A stretch of DNA of 64,000 bases from Felis catus (lineage: Eukaryota), in NCBI RefSeq assembly GCF_018350175.1, contig NC_058368.1:170874001-170938000 (forward strand). The letters run 5' to 3'. Positions 25,020 through 37,285 of this stretch are shown here, one piece after another (the stretch's first letter is position 1; every line of letters starts with the position of its first letter). The position numbers and the translations under genes were made by a program. The notes below the pieces were generated by a model. It was given only the letters and a program-made list of their open reading frames with translations. It was not told where the DNA came from and made no database searches.

Positions 25020-26020
25020 ATGGCTCATGAATTTTATCAGAACTTGGCATGTTTCAAAGGTGGCATTACATATCAATGGGGAAAGGATGTACTATTCCAT
25101 AAATGGTGCTTTCATTCAACACTTATCCTAATAGAGAAATTAAAAACTGAATCGCTACTTGACAGCATTCAAAACAATTAATTCCAGATAGACTAAAAAC
25201 CACCATATAAAATTTAAAACTTTGAACTTTGTGAACTCAAGATACAGGGGGATTTCTTGAATACATAAATCACACAAAAACACAAATAATATGAGACAGT
25301 TGAAATTAAAAACTTGCATATCACAAATGATAAAATTAGTAAGTTTCTTTTAAAACCAGCACAGACTGGAAGAAGGCATGTGCAACACATATGAACAGAC
25401 ATAATTATTACAGAGAATACATAATTAATTCCTATAAACTAATGAGACAAATATAATCTAAAGAAAAGATGGGCAAAGGATACGTTAAGATTGCCCTGAA
25501 ATGTCGATAAATTTAGAAAAGATGCTCAACTTCACTCATAATCAAGCAAATAGCAACAAGATACCATCTCATACCCCTGAGATTGGCAGAGATTAAAACC
25601 ATAACCAGTACTGAATGGAAGGGAATGAGAACTCTCAGACTGCTACCATCACTTTAGAGAGCAATTTGGTTAACGTCTAGTGTAGCCAACCCAGGTGCAC
25701 CCCAAAGAAAATCACACGTGTGTAGGAGACAAATACCTAAGAAGTTTACTATAGCACTGTACCTTATAAGGGATAACTGACAACAACCTAAAAATTTGTC
25801 AGTAGGCAAATTTGCAAATACAGGTAAACACATCGCAGCATTTTCTTATGAACATGGAAGAATAGGTCTACATGTAACAACATGGCTAAATCTTGAAAAC
25901 ACAATGTTAAATGGAAAAAATTAAAGGAAATTACTGAAGGAAACACATACACATATGTGGTCAAAGAATAAAACAGGAATAACATACACTTTAAGATACT
26001 AGTTAACTGGGGAGGAAAGA
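25020..26020 (+). mobile_element. Degenerate ancient L1 (L1ME-like) ORF2/3' fragment in STARD4 intron 3
   Basis: L1-like motifs aatggggaaaggatg...aaatggtgc, aaagatgggcaaagga, aaaagatgctcaacttcactcataatcaa. Confidence 0.65.
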
Positions 26021-26094
26021 AAAGAGAAGAAATGAGAGATAGACCGGCTTTAACTCTATCAGTAACCTTTCAGAGGGGGGTCTTTCTAAAAGTC

Positions 26095-26314
26095 TTTTTT
26101 CTAAGTGTATTTATTTATTTTCAGGGAGAGAGAGAAGAGAGCATGCATGTGCGTGGGGGAGGGGCAGAGAGAGGGGGAGAGAGAGAATCCCAAGCAGGCT
26201 CCACACTGTCAGTGCAGAGCCTGGCATGGGGCTCGATCTCAGGAACCACAAAATCATGACCCGAGCTGAAATCAAGAGGAGAACGCTTAACCTACTGAGC
26301 CACCCAGGCGCCCC
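26095..26314 (-). mobile_element. Can-SINE (SINEC_Fc family)
   Basis: TSD tctaaaagt(c/t)ttttt; typical body. Confidence 0.9.
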
Positions 26315-26752
26315 TCTAAAAGTTTTTTTAAAGCATCTGAAGCTGTTTTATCGTCTTGTAAATGCTTCCAGCTCAAACTTACATTGTCTCCCCTATCCTA
26401 AATCTGCTCTTCCCTCCTGTGTTCTCTAACTTTGGGTGGATGGTGGGAGTGGGGGCAATACAAGTTAATCCAGTCACCCAAAATAGATATGTGGGATTCA
26501 ACTTGGACTCTCTCAACCCTATTTCAGTAGTCACAACTAAAGTCACCATGTTTTATCAAGATGACTTCCTAAATGTAAAGTGCTCAGGACAATATTTGGC
26601 TCTCAATAAATGTTAGCTATCATTACCTCCACCACCATCTTTAGATCTCTGTCACGTTCACCTGCCCTTATCAACTCCCACTTAGGCCACTCTGTGTCCA
26701 ACTCGACACTGCAACCATTTCTAGCTCTTTGGATCACATGTCTCTTTAAGTT

Positions 26753-26783
<31 letters not shown>

Positions 26784-26855
26784 GCCAAAGATCTCTTCCC
26801 AGGAATATAACATTGACACCAAATTATATATATGATCTTAAAAAGCTAGCCATGT

Positions 26856-27081
26856 GGGGCGCCTGGGTGGCGCAGTCGGTTAAGTGTCCGACTTCAGCCA
26901 GGTCACGATCTCGCGGTCCGTGAGTTCGAGCCCCATGTCAGGCTCTGGGCTGATGGCTCGGAGCCTGGAGCCTGTTTCCGATTCTGTGTCTCCCTCTCTC
27001 TCTGCCCCTTGCCCGTTCATGCTCTGTCTCTCTCTGTCCCAAAAATAAATAAATGTTGAAAAAAAAAATTAAAAAAAAAAA
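26856..27081 (+). mobile_element. Young SINEC_Fc
   Basis: CpG-rich, long A tail, perfect TSD aaaaagctagccatg at 26840-26854 and 27082-27096. Confidence 0.95.
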
Positions 27082-27897
27082 AAAAAGCTAGCCATGGATT
27101 CCCAGGGCAAAACCTCTTCTCTAAACTCTCCACACTCATTTCCATGTTCCATTTTTCGCAGTGCTATCAGAGGAAGTTCAAAATCTTCGAGGACCTGGGA
27201 GGTCGGGGTCAGGGGTAAACAAGGGTAAGTGCAATACTGAATTTCTTATTCTAGAATTCAAAAATCCTTCAGACATATGCTCTCCTCACCCTTACTTCAT
27301 GCTCCAGCTATACGAACACAACTTCTACTTCCCTAAACAAACTCCTTAGAGTGTTTCCCATGTGTGTTTCTGGAGGGGATGCAATCCCCTCTGCCTGGAA
27401 TACGAATCAGTTCTTCATTCCCTAGGAAATAGCCATTCCTCCTTTAAAGGTCAGCTCATATGCTGACTCTTCTATGAAGTTCTCTCAAATCACCAAGTGT
27501 AATGCTCTCTTGGCACTTTTTATGCTTTTCAACCCCTACTGGGAATTGGTGATCTAAATGATTAATTCACACTTGCTTACAATGCTTAATCCGCAACTCC
27601 AGTTTCCTGGTCCTTGACATAAATATTGTATAACTCATCTTTCTGGAAATGCTATCTTTGGTATTATACTTCAGAACAGTTTCATTTTTAAAAGGGCTGA
27701 GTCCCAAGGATGTGAACATTCCACTGCAATTACACAAGGCAATTGTCTCCACTGGCTTTAAAAAACAATTATTTTTTTTTCTGGTTAAAAGCGTAATTCG
27801 TGTTCAACTATATGTAAATACCAAAAAAAATGGAAACAAAAATCACGTATAAAACTGCCATCTAGAGGTATATGTTTGGTGTTAAGTAAAAACATTT

Positions 27898-28108
27898 ATT
27901 TTTTATTTTCTTATTTTAGAGACAGAGAACGTGCACACATGTGTGCTCCAGCAAGCAGGGGAAGGGCAGAGGGAAGGCCAGCATCCCAAGCAGGCTTTGC
28001 CCTGTCAGCACAGAGCCCGACATGGGGCTCGATCCCACAACCTTGGGATCATGACCTGAGCTGAAATCAAGGGTCAGATGCACATCTGAATGAGCCACCA
28101 GGAGCTCC
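27898..28108 (-). mobile_element. Can-SINE
   Basis: TSD aagtaaaaacattt. Confidence 0.88.
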
Positions 28109-28141
28109 AAGTAAAAACATTTTAATATATAAAAGTATACA

Positions 28142-28355
28142 GGGGCACCTGGGTGGCTCAGTCGGCTAAGTGGCCAACTTCAGCTCAGGTCATGATCTTG
28201 CAGTTTGTGGGTTTGAGCCCTGTGTCGGGCTCTGGTGCTGACAGCTCAAAGCCTAGAGCTTTGGGTTCTGTGTCTCCCTCTCTCTCTGCTCCTCCCCACC
28301 TTGCACTCTCTCTCTCTCTCTCTCTCAAAAATAAATATTAAAAAAAATTTAAAAA
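28142..28355 (+). mobile_element. SINEC_Fc-type SINE
   Basis: Typical head, (CT)n and tail. Confidence 0.9.
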
Positions 28356-28931
28356 TATATATATAAAGTCAACTCACAATTGTGCTACCTGCAATTTAGT
28401 ATTCTGCTTTATTCACTTTACATTACATTGTGAGCATTTTCTTGTGTTTTTAAATATTTTAAAATGTAGTTTTTAAAGACTGTAAGATACCACGTTTCAA
28501 AATTTAACCATTCTCTGACTATTGATTATTCAAGTTGTTTGTAATTTTTAATATTGTAAGTAATGCTGTGATGGAAGAGATAACTACTCAACTATTATCT
28601 TTCTTACGATTTCTTTAAGATGAATTCTTAGAATAAAGTATGCTATAGCACTGAGTAAATATAGAAGACTAGAAAGGTCTTATACAACATGCTAAGAAGT
28701 TAAGATTTTATCGGCCATTTGATATCATTATTTATGATTCCCTTACCACCACCTCAGTCCACAAGGGATATAGACATTTTAAGACTCTGAATTCATAAGG
28801 TTATTTGCTTCCCAGAAAGTTTAAAATATTAAAAGCCAAATTTCATAGGCAATGATGATTTAGTGATCATTTATATATAGGAAATTTGGCAATGTCTTAA
28901 GAGCTACATAAAACTAGAAGAATTTACTTAC

Positions 28932-28981
28932 AGGTATCCATTAAATTCTTCTGAAGGTTTTCTCCAAATTGTTACATCTTT
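28932..28981 (-). CDS. STARD4: STARD4 exon 3
   Basis: tttttctag| ... |gtaagt; 50 nt; KDVTIWRKPSEEFNGY(L); phases match the neighbouring exons. Confidence 0.96.
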
Positions 28982-29095
28982 CTAGAAAAATAAAAACAGT
29001 ATATGGACATAAATAATCACCTAGCTAGAAATGTGGACATAAAACCAACAATTTCAAATTGCAGAGCATGTCCTTGCATTAAAATAAAACTTAAG

Positions 29096-29347
29096 GGGGG
29101 CGCCTGGGTGGCGCAGTCGGTTAAGCGTCCGACTTCAGCCAGGTCACGATCTCGCGGTCCGGGAGTTCGAGCCCCGCGTCGGGCTCTGGGCTGATGGCTC
29201 AGAGCCTGGAGCCTGTTTCCGATTCTGTGTCTCCCTCTCTCTCTGCCCCTCCCCCGTTCATGCTCTGTCTCTCTCTGTCCCAAAAATAAATAAACGTTGA
29301 AAAAAAAAATTAAAAAAATAAATAAATAAAAATAAAAAAAATAAAAA
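29096..29347 (+). mobile_element. Young SINEC_Fc in STARD4 intron 2
   Basis: CpG-rich, long A-rich tail, perfect TSD aaaataaaacttaag at 29081-29095 and 29348-29362. Confidence 0.95.
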
Positions 29348-30185
29348 AAAATAAAACTTAAGTAAATATTCAAAGAGATACATAGAAGTCTTTTATGCCA
29401 TCAAATGATCCATATCTGAATTTCTTCTGTTTCCTAAAGTTCTTCACATCTTCCTTAAAGTACAGACCTCCAAAAAAGATTTTTTAGTGGCTTAATGAGA
29501 TCCAAACACTGTTAAGATCCAGTGAAGGCTCTATCTTGCCAGCCATTATTATTTGCCTCACTCCAATCTTATCTATTTACCATTACTGACACATTTAGAC
29601 TAAGACAAAAGGAATGCTAAATATTTCATTCTGACCTTGCTCATATATATTTTTTTAAATCAAACAAGTCACATCTATTATGGCAGTGCTACCTTGAATT
29701 AGTCCCTACATCCTTTTTCTGATCATTTCCCAAGAAATCTTGACCATCAGACAAGCTAGAGTGCTTCACTGCAAGAGTCCTGGATCCAGGGCTACTTCTG
29801 TCAACACTCAGCCATGTGATAGTTTGGACAAGTCCCACTGGTAAGAAAGAAAACTAAATGGCCACCCTCACAGGCTTGCTGAAATATCTGAAACTCTTCC
29901 AAACTATCCATACATTCTATATGTTGACTTTAGAAGCTATACTATAGGTTCTTGTTGCCAAGAGTCTATTCTCATGTCCGCTAGCTAAAGCAGTAATGAA
30001 AGCAGTACAGGATTATTATGTTTTTGCCTTGGTGAGATGTAAAAACACTGATTTTATTAGCATAATTATCTATCCTGCACATCTTTCCAAAGAATGGTCC
30101 TATTTTCCCTTACCATTTTGAAAGTCATCAGCCAACTCATTAGATAAAGGATAAACCCCAAATAGAAGTAATTTAAATAATTTAC

Positions 30186-30290
30186 CATTTTCTTGGCAAC
30201 TCGCCACTTATCGTCTTCAATGCTATGATACTGGATGAGAGTGTTTTTAAGTCTAGTTGCAAAGACAGCAGCATCAGGCAGGCCTTCCAT
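30186..30290 (-). CDS. STARD4: STARD4 exon 2 coding part (start codon at 30290; exon begins at 30313)
   Basis: Acceptor ctctgtaacag| and donor |gtaaat; [35 protein letters not shown]. The five coding exons sum to 627 nt = 208 aa + stop. Confidence 0.96.
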
Positions 30291-32213
30291 TTTTTTTTCT
30301 TTTTTCCTTTTTCCTGTTACAGAGACAAGGATTAGCATCAGCAAATATCACAGTTTGACGCAGTAGACCGAGGAGTCTCAAATCTGGCTTCATAACAGAA
30401 TCATCTGGGGAGCTGTCAAAGATACTTACACCTGAATCCCACCCCAAATCAACTATTCAGAATCTCTGAGAGTAGGACCTGGGCATAGTTTTCCTAAAAG
30501 CTTCCAAGATGAATAACACCTAATCAAGGATGAGAATCACATATTTTGAGCTATTAAAATTATTCCTATAAAAATAAAACACAATCCTATTTCCCTTCCT
30601 AATAGAATATAACAAAAAGATATACATTATTGAATTCTAGATAACTTAAAGAAAAAAAAATTGCTGTTTCCAAACTATAAAAATAAATACACAAGGAATA
30701 AATTATTTAAAAAAGTCCTTAGAGCTTCAGCCATTAAAATTTTAATTTAACATCCAACAGATTTAGGACTCATTCTAGCAAACAAATGAACAAGAAGCAC
30801 AAGCAGAAACCTGCTCATACCTTCTTTCAGGATAGGGCTACAGAACTCTGAACAATTTCAAAAGTTTGAAGAACTGTACCATTTTCAATATTTTATTTCA
30901 TTCAGTGAGATGTTATAGGACTCAGTAAGGTATCTGTGTAAGGAAGGAGGTCATAGGAAGGCTTTTAGAACTACTAGTACAGCATAAACAAATGGTTCAT
31001 AATTTTAAGGCAATAATTTTAACTGTATAAAAAATAAAAGTACTATATTATTCACAATTCCAAAGATAAGCTACTATTCAACAATGTTTTTAAAGAGCAA
31101 TGATTACTAGCCTTAAAGATAATAAACTTAATATAATGAGGGGTTCTGTAATGTGTTGGTTTTAACACATTGCTGCAAATTCTTTGATATACTTCCCATC
31201 AAGAAGTGGTCTGTGACTGCATGACTTTGTAGGCTGGGTTAGAAAAGTCCATGCAGTTCTGCAGGTTTCTTTTAGAATAATCGCTCCGGGAGTCTTTGAT
31301 TAACATGCAAGCATGCAAAAAATCTGGCTATCCTGAGGCTGAAGTGTGGAAAGACCAAAGGAGAGAGGGGGAAATGGGGAGAGACAGCACCCCAAAGTCC
31401 CAGATCCAGAAGCCTAGTTAGAGCTTCATCCCAGTGGGTACCTCTTGCTTCCCCAGGCTTCCCTCAATTTGACTCAGTCTTCCCCATCTTAAGAATTTAT
31501 TTTTACAATGGAAATTGAGCCAGTAGCTCAAAGTCAAAGCCTCACTGCCTACAATATTCTTGTCCTAATGGTTTTCTTTCTGTCCCTCAAATAGGCCAAG
31601 CCTGTCACTGACTTTGGGCTTTTCACTTGCTATTTCTATGCATGCATTATTAAGTCCCAAATCTGAGCATGACTAATAACAACTTGTAATGACAACTTTA
31701 TTTTAAACCTCCTGTCTGAAATACAGCCTTCTACAAGTCGTTATTATATCCTTCTTTTATTTTCTTCGTGGTGCTTATCACATTATGAAATTAACCTGTT
31801 TATTTATTGGTGTACTGTATTCTACTCTTTCACCATCGCATCTTCAACTAACAAAGCAGGGGCCTTTTGTCTGCCTTATTTACCAGTGTTTCCCCACCAA
31901 CTAGAACACTGCCTGGAACACAATAGGTCCTTAATATTTGTTGAAGTGTGTTTGTTTCAAAACAAGAATTGTTTTAATTTTGTGTCCTTTTGGTGCTTTG
32001 GTGCACTCCAGTAAAAAGGATAAAGGAGAAAAAGCTTCTGGGCAAAAGCTGCACAGTTTACGGAACCATCAAGTTACTACTACAAAGGAGATCAAGAAAA
32101 GATCTACATGAAATGTCAAGCCTCAAACCTCTATGGGAATGAGGCTGTAATTCTCAAGGACAAATGCATACATCAGGATCACCTTTGTTACATTTTGTAG
32201 TAGTTGTTGCTGT

Positions 32214-32639
32214 TAACAAAGATTCCCTCCCTAGTCTCTTCTGAGTGCTCTTTTTAACCAAGCCTTGTTCTTAGGCTTGTCCTTGGCCCCCAAGGTTCAG
32301 TTCTATCAAGAATCCTGCTGAGCCAGTTTACGAAAACGCCTCACCCTCAAAAATTCCTCAACCTACCCTTGATCTTGTCACACTGCCCTGTGTTCAGCAC
32401 GAATCCTATGTCAATTTGGCCAGAATTCCCCTTCCCCCTAATGTTTCCTCTTAGCAATTTTCCATCCACTGGACACCCACCCCACCCTGCTCCTTGACAA
32501 CAAATCCCCACTTGTCTCTGATGTATTAAAAACGGACTGTAGTTCTACACTGAGGTTTATTCTCCATTATTGCAATAGTTCTTGAATAAGATTTGCCTTT
32601 ACCACTTTAACTTCTGTCTGCCTCTGGTTTTCTTTGACA
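32214..32639 (+). mobile_element. Solo ERV1 LTR, MER31-like
   Basis: t(a)acaaagattc...ctttgaca termini with 4-bp TSD ctgt; internal caagaatcctgct and attgcaatagtt motifs. Confidence 0.75.
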
Positions 32640-32892
32640 CTGTTTTTAGATGTTGCATTTCAGCGCCCAGCGCAGACAGTGCGATTCAGTGGCCCTGATC
32701 TGGAGCAGGCCCCCATAATCTAAGTTCATTAAAAAGCCTTGCTAATTATTCTGTTATCCAGCCAGGGGTGAGAACCACCGGTCTAAAAACTAAAGGTGAC
32801 AGAAATAAATCAATATTGTAGTCAATATTTAAATAGCATAAAGCAGGGCACACAAGACATTCAAAATGATAAACAATAAGATGATATAGAAC

Positions 32893-33459
32893 TGTAGGGG
32901 AGGAAAAAAAACCTTTTTCTCTACTCTCTTAGTTTCTGTCTCTGAGACCTACAAATTAAATTGACAAAGGTATATTAACAGGAGAAAAGGCATATATATT
33001 TTATTCACTATTGATATTTTAATTTTTATGTGCATAGAAGCCTTCACAATAAAGAAATGGAGATCCAAAAAAGCAGTTAGACCTAGGGCTTATACACCAT
33101 TTTAACAAAGGGTGATAAATTGTGGAAAAGTGATAAAACAAAGGAAGAGGGAGCTGGGCTTCTAGTGGTGGTAAATTATGAGGAAATATATTAGAGAAAA
33201 CTAATAGAGGATAAGAGTTACTGTAGTAAAGTTTGTTTGTTCAGATAATCACGGTGTCAACTCTGTGCCCAGTGATGAGTTGTCCTCCTTCTGGTATAGG
33301 AGAGAAGAGAAGGAAGACCTTCACAAAGGGAAGTTTATGTCCTACTTTTAGGCAGTAATGGGAGGGAAAACAGCTCTTTCTGCATTTGCTGCTGACTGCC
33401 TTCAGCTCAAAATAATCCCTATTCCAAAGTGGTATATTTTGGGGTGGTATATCCTTTCA
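32893..33459 (-). mobile_element. Solo ERV1 LTR, MER34/MER89-like
   Basis: tgtagggg...ttca termini; ttcagctcaaaataatcc...ccaaagtggtatattttggggtgg end motif. Confidence 0.65.
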
Positions 33460-35812
33460 AAAACATAGTAAAGTATATATATAAAATTCAATAATGTAGA
33501 ATTTAGGATCTATGTAAGTGATGCAAAATATAGATCTCACCCAAAGACTAAAAAGTGGATGATCTCATTCAAAAAGTATGCCAGTCAGGAATATATCCGA
33601 TTTCCCCTCAAGAGACTGCTGACTTGGTAGCCAGTACAACGACCTTAATCAAGGGTATGTTACAAACAAGCACAAATTCTTAGAGAAGACTTGAAAAACT
33701 AATCTATTACTAGGATCGTTATGATCAAACAATATTCTGTAAACCCGAAGGCTGCCTGCCAGGTTCCTGTGGTTGGCAGATAAGATATTTTTTCAAACTC
33801 CTTGACAGAAATCAAAGATGAAATGTAAAGATGCTATTATCATTGACAACATCATCTTTGTGCAAATCCATTACACAAATGTGAGCCAGAAAAACTACCT
33901 ATAAAGATGAGAATCTGAATCTTTGAGGTGCTTACCTTAGTAATCTTTCTGATCGCTCTTACTGATCACTATAAAGTCCAAACTCCTTAATATGGCTTAT
34001 GGGCCCTTTTATGATCTGGCTGAGCTTTATTGCCTAATTTCTACTCTTCTTTCCTGGACTCCTATAACAACTAGGTTAGCTTCCCCTTACCCCACCAACG
34101 TTTGTCACAGCAACTCCAATTATTCACTTGTCATCTTTTCCAATTTAACTGTAAATCTTTTGGGGCAAGAAGTGTGACTTGCTCAATGTTATCCTCCTTA
34201 GGTCTAGCTAACATGCAGTAGGAACCCAGTAAATAAAAGTGGGAAAAAGAGGTAGATGGTGAGCTACTAGCCTCACTTATGAAATACCTCAAGATATCTA
34301 AGATGGGCCCATTTACACCAATCATCCTTGAGCTTCTGAATGACTAAAACATTCTTTGCCATAATTAAATACAGCAATTTCTCAAGTAAGTCTACTATTT
34401 GCCAAATATCTAGCATATACCAGGTCCTAGAACTAAAGAAATGGATATAATCCAGTCTTTGCTCTCAAATTTGACTTATTCCACCTTTTAAATAAATGTT
34501 TAATTGCAACAACAACAAAAGCTAAAACATTAAAAACTAGTAATGAGCCTCTTTTAAGGGTACTGGAGTAGGAGGTAGGAAAGGAAAACAATAAGTGTAA
34601 ACTCAGAAAGCTCTGTTTTAGCCCAATGAAGTATTTAACCAGGCAGTTCATTCTTGCATGGACTTTTTTCATCAAGATTAAGTCCAAAAGAGAATATGGC
34701 TACTGTCTGAACTATCTGTGTGTGGGCAGGCATAACATATCTCTCAAAACACATTCCCGAATTGGGGGTTGGGAAGTATGGAGTTATTATCAAGGTCTTG
34801 ATGCTCTCCTAATAAAGCAGGGTACTCACATGAATTGAAAGGAAAGTATACAATATGCTCTACTAAAATCTCCACCTGTGAAGAATGTGAGAAAAATGTT
34901 CTAAATACTATTCTGAACTCCCTCTTACTAATTCTTTTATTCCCTTTCTTGACCTACATCAGGAAACTCTCCAATTCCATCACTTAACATTTCAGAGAAC
35001 AGGTACCACTTAATCATATCAGAATCTAGCAGTTCCTAGAAAAGGTTATCTACTCTTGACAGTTCTATTCCTCAGTGCTCAGTAATGTCCACCTTCATTT
35101 TTTTCCTTACTTTAGACTAAACTTTTTGTTCATGTTTCCTATGCCCGTGTCTTTGCAATAATCACTAGTGTAGACAGTGGCTGCCATCATAAAGCGGGCA
35201 GCCTGCCCAAGTTAAAAATTGTCTTGTGGCCATCTCTCAGCATCACAGTCTGTGACCAATACAACTCCAATTTTCATTAAATTTACATCACAAGGAGACG
35301 GCCATAGGTTCTATTTTAAATATGAAACATAATAAACACTTTAACCTCTAATATAAAGTGAAATGTCGTAAAAACCTGTACTTATGTAATATGAAGTCAG
35401 AATTCACTATTGAAAGAAACTATTAACAGAATTGTTTAAACTTCAATTTCCCAATTGATAAGGGTTTCATTTAGTTGAATAGCTTCAATTTAGCATGCCA
35501 TAGATTTTCCCCCAAGATACTGTGCAAACCAAGGCCTTGTAAATTAAATTATTTTTCCACCTACCATAAACATTTCAGCATATCCTTGATTTCCAATCAA
35601 TTTTGAATTTGTAATTTAGCTTTTCAAACTCAAAAACAGTAGGTTCTCATTTTTGAGACTGGCTATAGCAAGAATCCAACAGAAAAGCCTACTTCTACAA
35701 TGTCACCAATGTCCCTCTGTTTCAGTGCTCACTTTAGCTTTAGTATTAGCTTTACAACCATGTTGAGACTTTTTACAACAGTTAAGGCAATATTAAATTC
35801 TAATGATACCTC

Positions 35813-35977
35813 GGGACACCTGGGTGGCTCAGTAGGTGAAGCAACCAACTCTTGGTTTGGGCTCAGATCATCTCACAGTTTGTGAGTTCGATCCCCCATG
35901 GGGGTTCTGCACTGACAGCGCAGTCTGCTTGGGATTCTCTGTTTCCCTCTCTCTCAAAATAAATAAGTAAACTTAAA
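35813..35977 (+). mobile_element. Can-SINE (short)
   Basis: TSD aaattctaatgata. Confidence 0.85.
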
Positions 35978-36980
35978 AAATTCTAATGATATTTCAGCTT
36001 TAAGTTTGAGTCCAAGGTCATCTTTGAACTCCTAATGCTCTAATCCTTTACTTAAAATAATAATAGCTAACATTTATTGATCACTTACTATGTGACCAGT
36101 CTTCCTGGCCACTTTAAATTGTATTATTTCATTTAATCCTCATAAACAACCTTCAAAGCTGATCCTATTATACTGATTTTACAAAGTAGTAACAAAGAAA
36201 TTAAGTCACTTTGTCCATAATCACACAGCTAATAAGCGACAGAGCCAGAATTCCAACCCTGGGCTTCTGCCTTCACAGTCTAAAGGTCTATTCTGTAAAA
36301 CACCGGAAGTTGATCACAAGCTAGAAGAGACTTTACCTTAAAAAAATCTGACATCATACTGAATTTGTCATTTTGTCCTGGCTCCTGATCCCAAAATAGC
36401 TCAGGTAATCTTTCTTAACTATACATTGGGGATAATAACACTAAATTACTGGGGATTTAGATGAATTAATACATTTAGTATCGGGGTTGGAAGATTGTTA
36501 AGCACCGGAAAACGCTGCCTCTTATCAGTATCACTCAGTCAGAGCTTGGTGTGGGAAGATGGGACCCTACGTTGTCTGTGCATCTACTACGAACCAGGAA
36601 GCACTGTGCCCACTCACAGAACGCGACCTCGGTGAATCTTCACTGCGGCCCTGGACGCGAGGTTTTTACTGCCCCTTCCCCTTTTAAGCGACGCAGAAAC
36701 GCCTAGTGGGCATCCAAGTCCTTAAGCAGGTGAGCGGTGCCAAGAGGCGAGGTGCAAGCATTGGGGTCCTTCCGGGGATGCCTTACCTCCCTCACTTGTA
36801 AGGTCTGCACCGCCCGGGCGCCGGGGTCCGCCACCCCCGACCTCCACGCCGGCCTCCGCCGCCCCGCTGCCCGGAGCAGCTCCGGAAAACGCCCCGGACA
36901 GGGCGCCCCGGTCGCCCCTGTCGCCTTCCCTCCCGGCCGCCTCACTTCCGCCGTAACTCGGCGCCTCCACCCACAGCTAC

Positions 36981-37080
36981 CTGAGATAAAGCGAGGCGCG
37001 GTGAGCGGCTAGGCGCGACGGGCCGCACCGCACTCACGGCTCGGGGCAACACTGACGCTCGGGAGCTCCCTCAGCTTCCA
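36981..37080 (-). other. STARD4: Probable non-coding exon 1 of STARD4 (5' end approximate)
   Basis: Lies in the CpG island just downstream of the CCAAT cluster; donor tctcag|gtagct at 36980. Other possible donors at 37036 (gtgagt) and 36786 (gag|gtaagg). Confidence 0.55.
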
Positions 37081-37101
37081 CGCCAGGCAGAGCCGGCAGA
37101 G

Positions 37102-37265
37102 CCAATGGGCTACGGGCCACCTCCGCCATTGCAGCCAATTGGAAAGTACCAAGTTTTTCCGCAGCTCGAACCCGGGCGCACCCGGGAGCAAGTGGCCGAA
37201 GTTGGCCTGGGCAACGTGTGTTTGCTTGGATTGGCTGGCGCGGCAGCGTACGGAACGCTGATTGG
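37102..37265. promoter_or_regulatory. Cluster of NF-Y CCAAT boxes
   Basis: CCAAT at 37102, palindromic CCAATTGG at 37135-37142, ATTGG at 37230 and 37261. Confidence 0.8.
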
Positions 37266-37275
37266 TCGCCAGGAA

Positions 37276-37285
37276 ATGGAATGAT
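37276..37285 (-). promoter_or_regulatory. Sterol regulatory element-like decamer ATCATTCCAT
   Basis: Resembles SRE ATCACNCCAC with pyrimidine transitions, 10 nt from a CCAAT box (typical SREBP/NF-Y layout); STARD4 is an established SREBP-2 target. Confidence 0.7.

Noticed and set aside
26757..26783. Isolated A27 run (similar A run at 56883-56902) as a retrocopy tail
   Set aside because: No upstream body or clear TSD; consistent with mononucleotide expansion inside old repeats.
26856..26930. tRNA-like A/B-box sequences at SINE heads
   Set aside because: Can-SINEs are tRNA-derived; no complete cloverleaf tRNA gene is present.
29017..29373. Recurring MAQSVK.../GQRETEHERGRG... ORFs here and at about 400, 2206, 41403, 49982 and 51167
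   Set aside because: Read through SINEC copies; they look like a gene family only because the repeat recurs.
30291..30344. N-terminal extension [18 protein letters not shown] of the ORF-track STARD4 call
   Set aside because: It crosses the splice acceptor at 30314 into intron 1; the start is ATG 30290.
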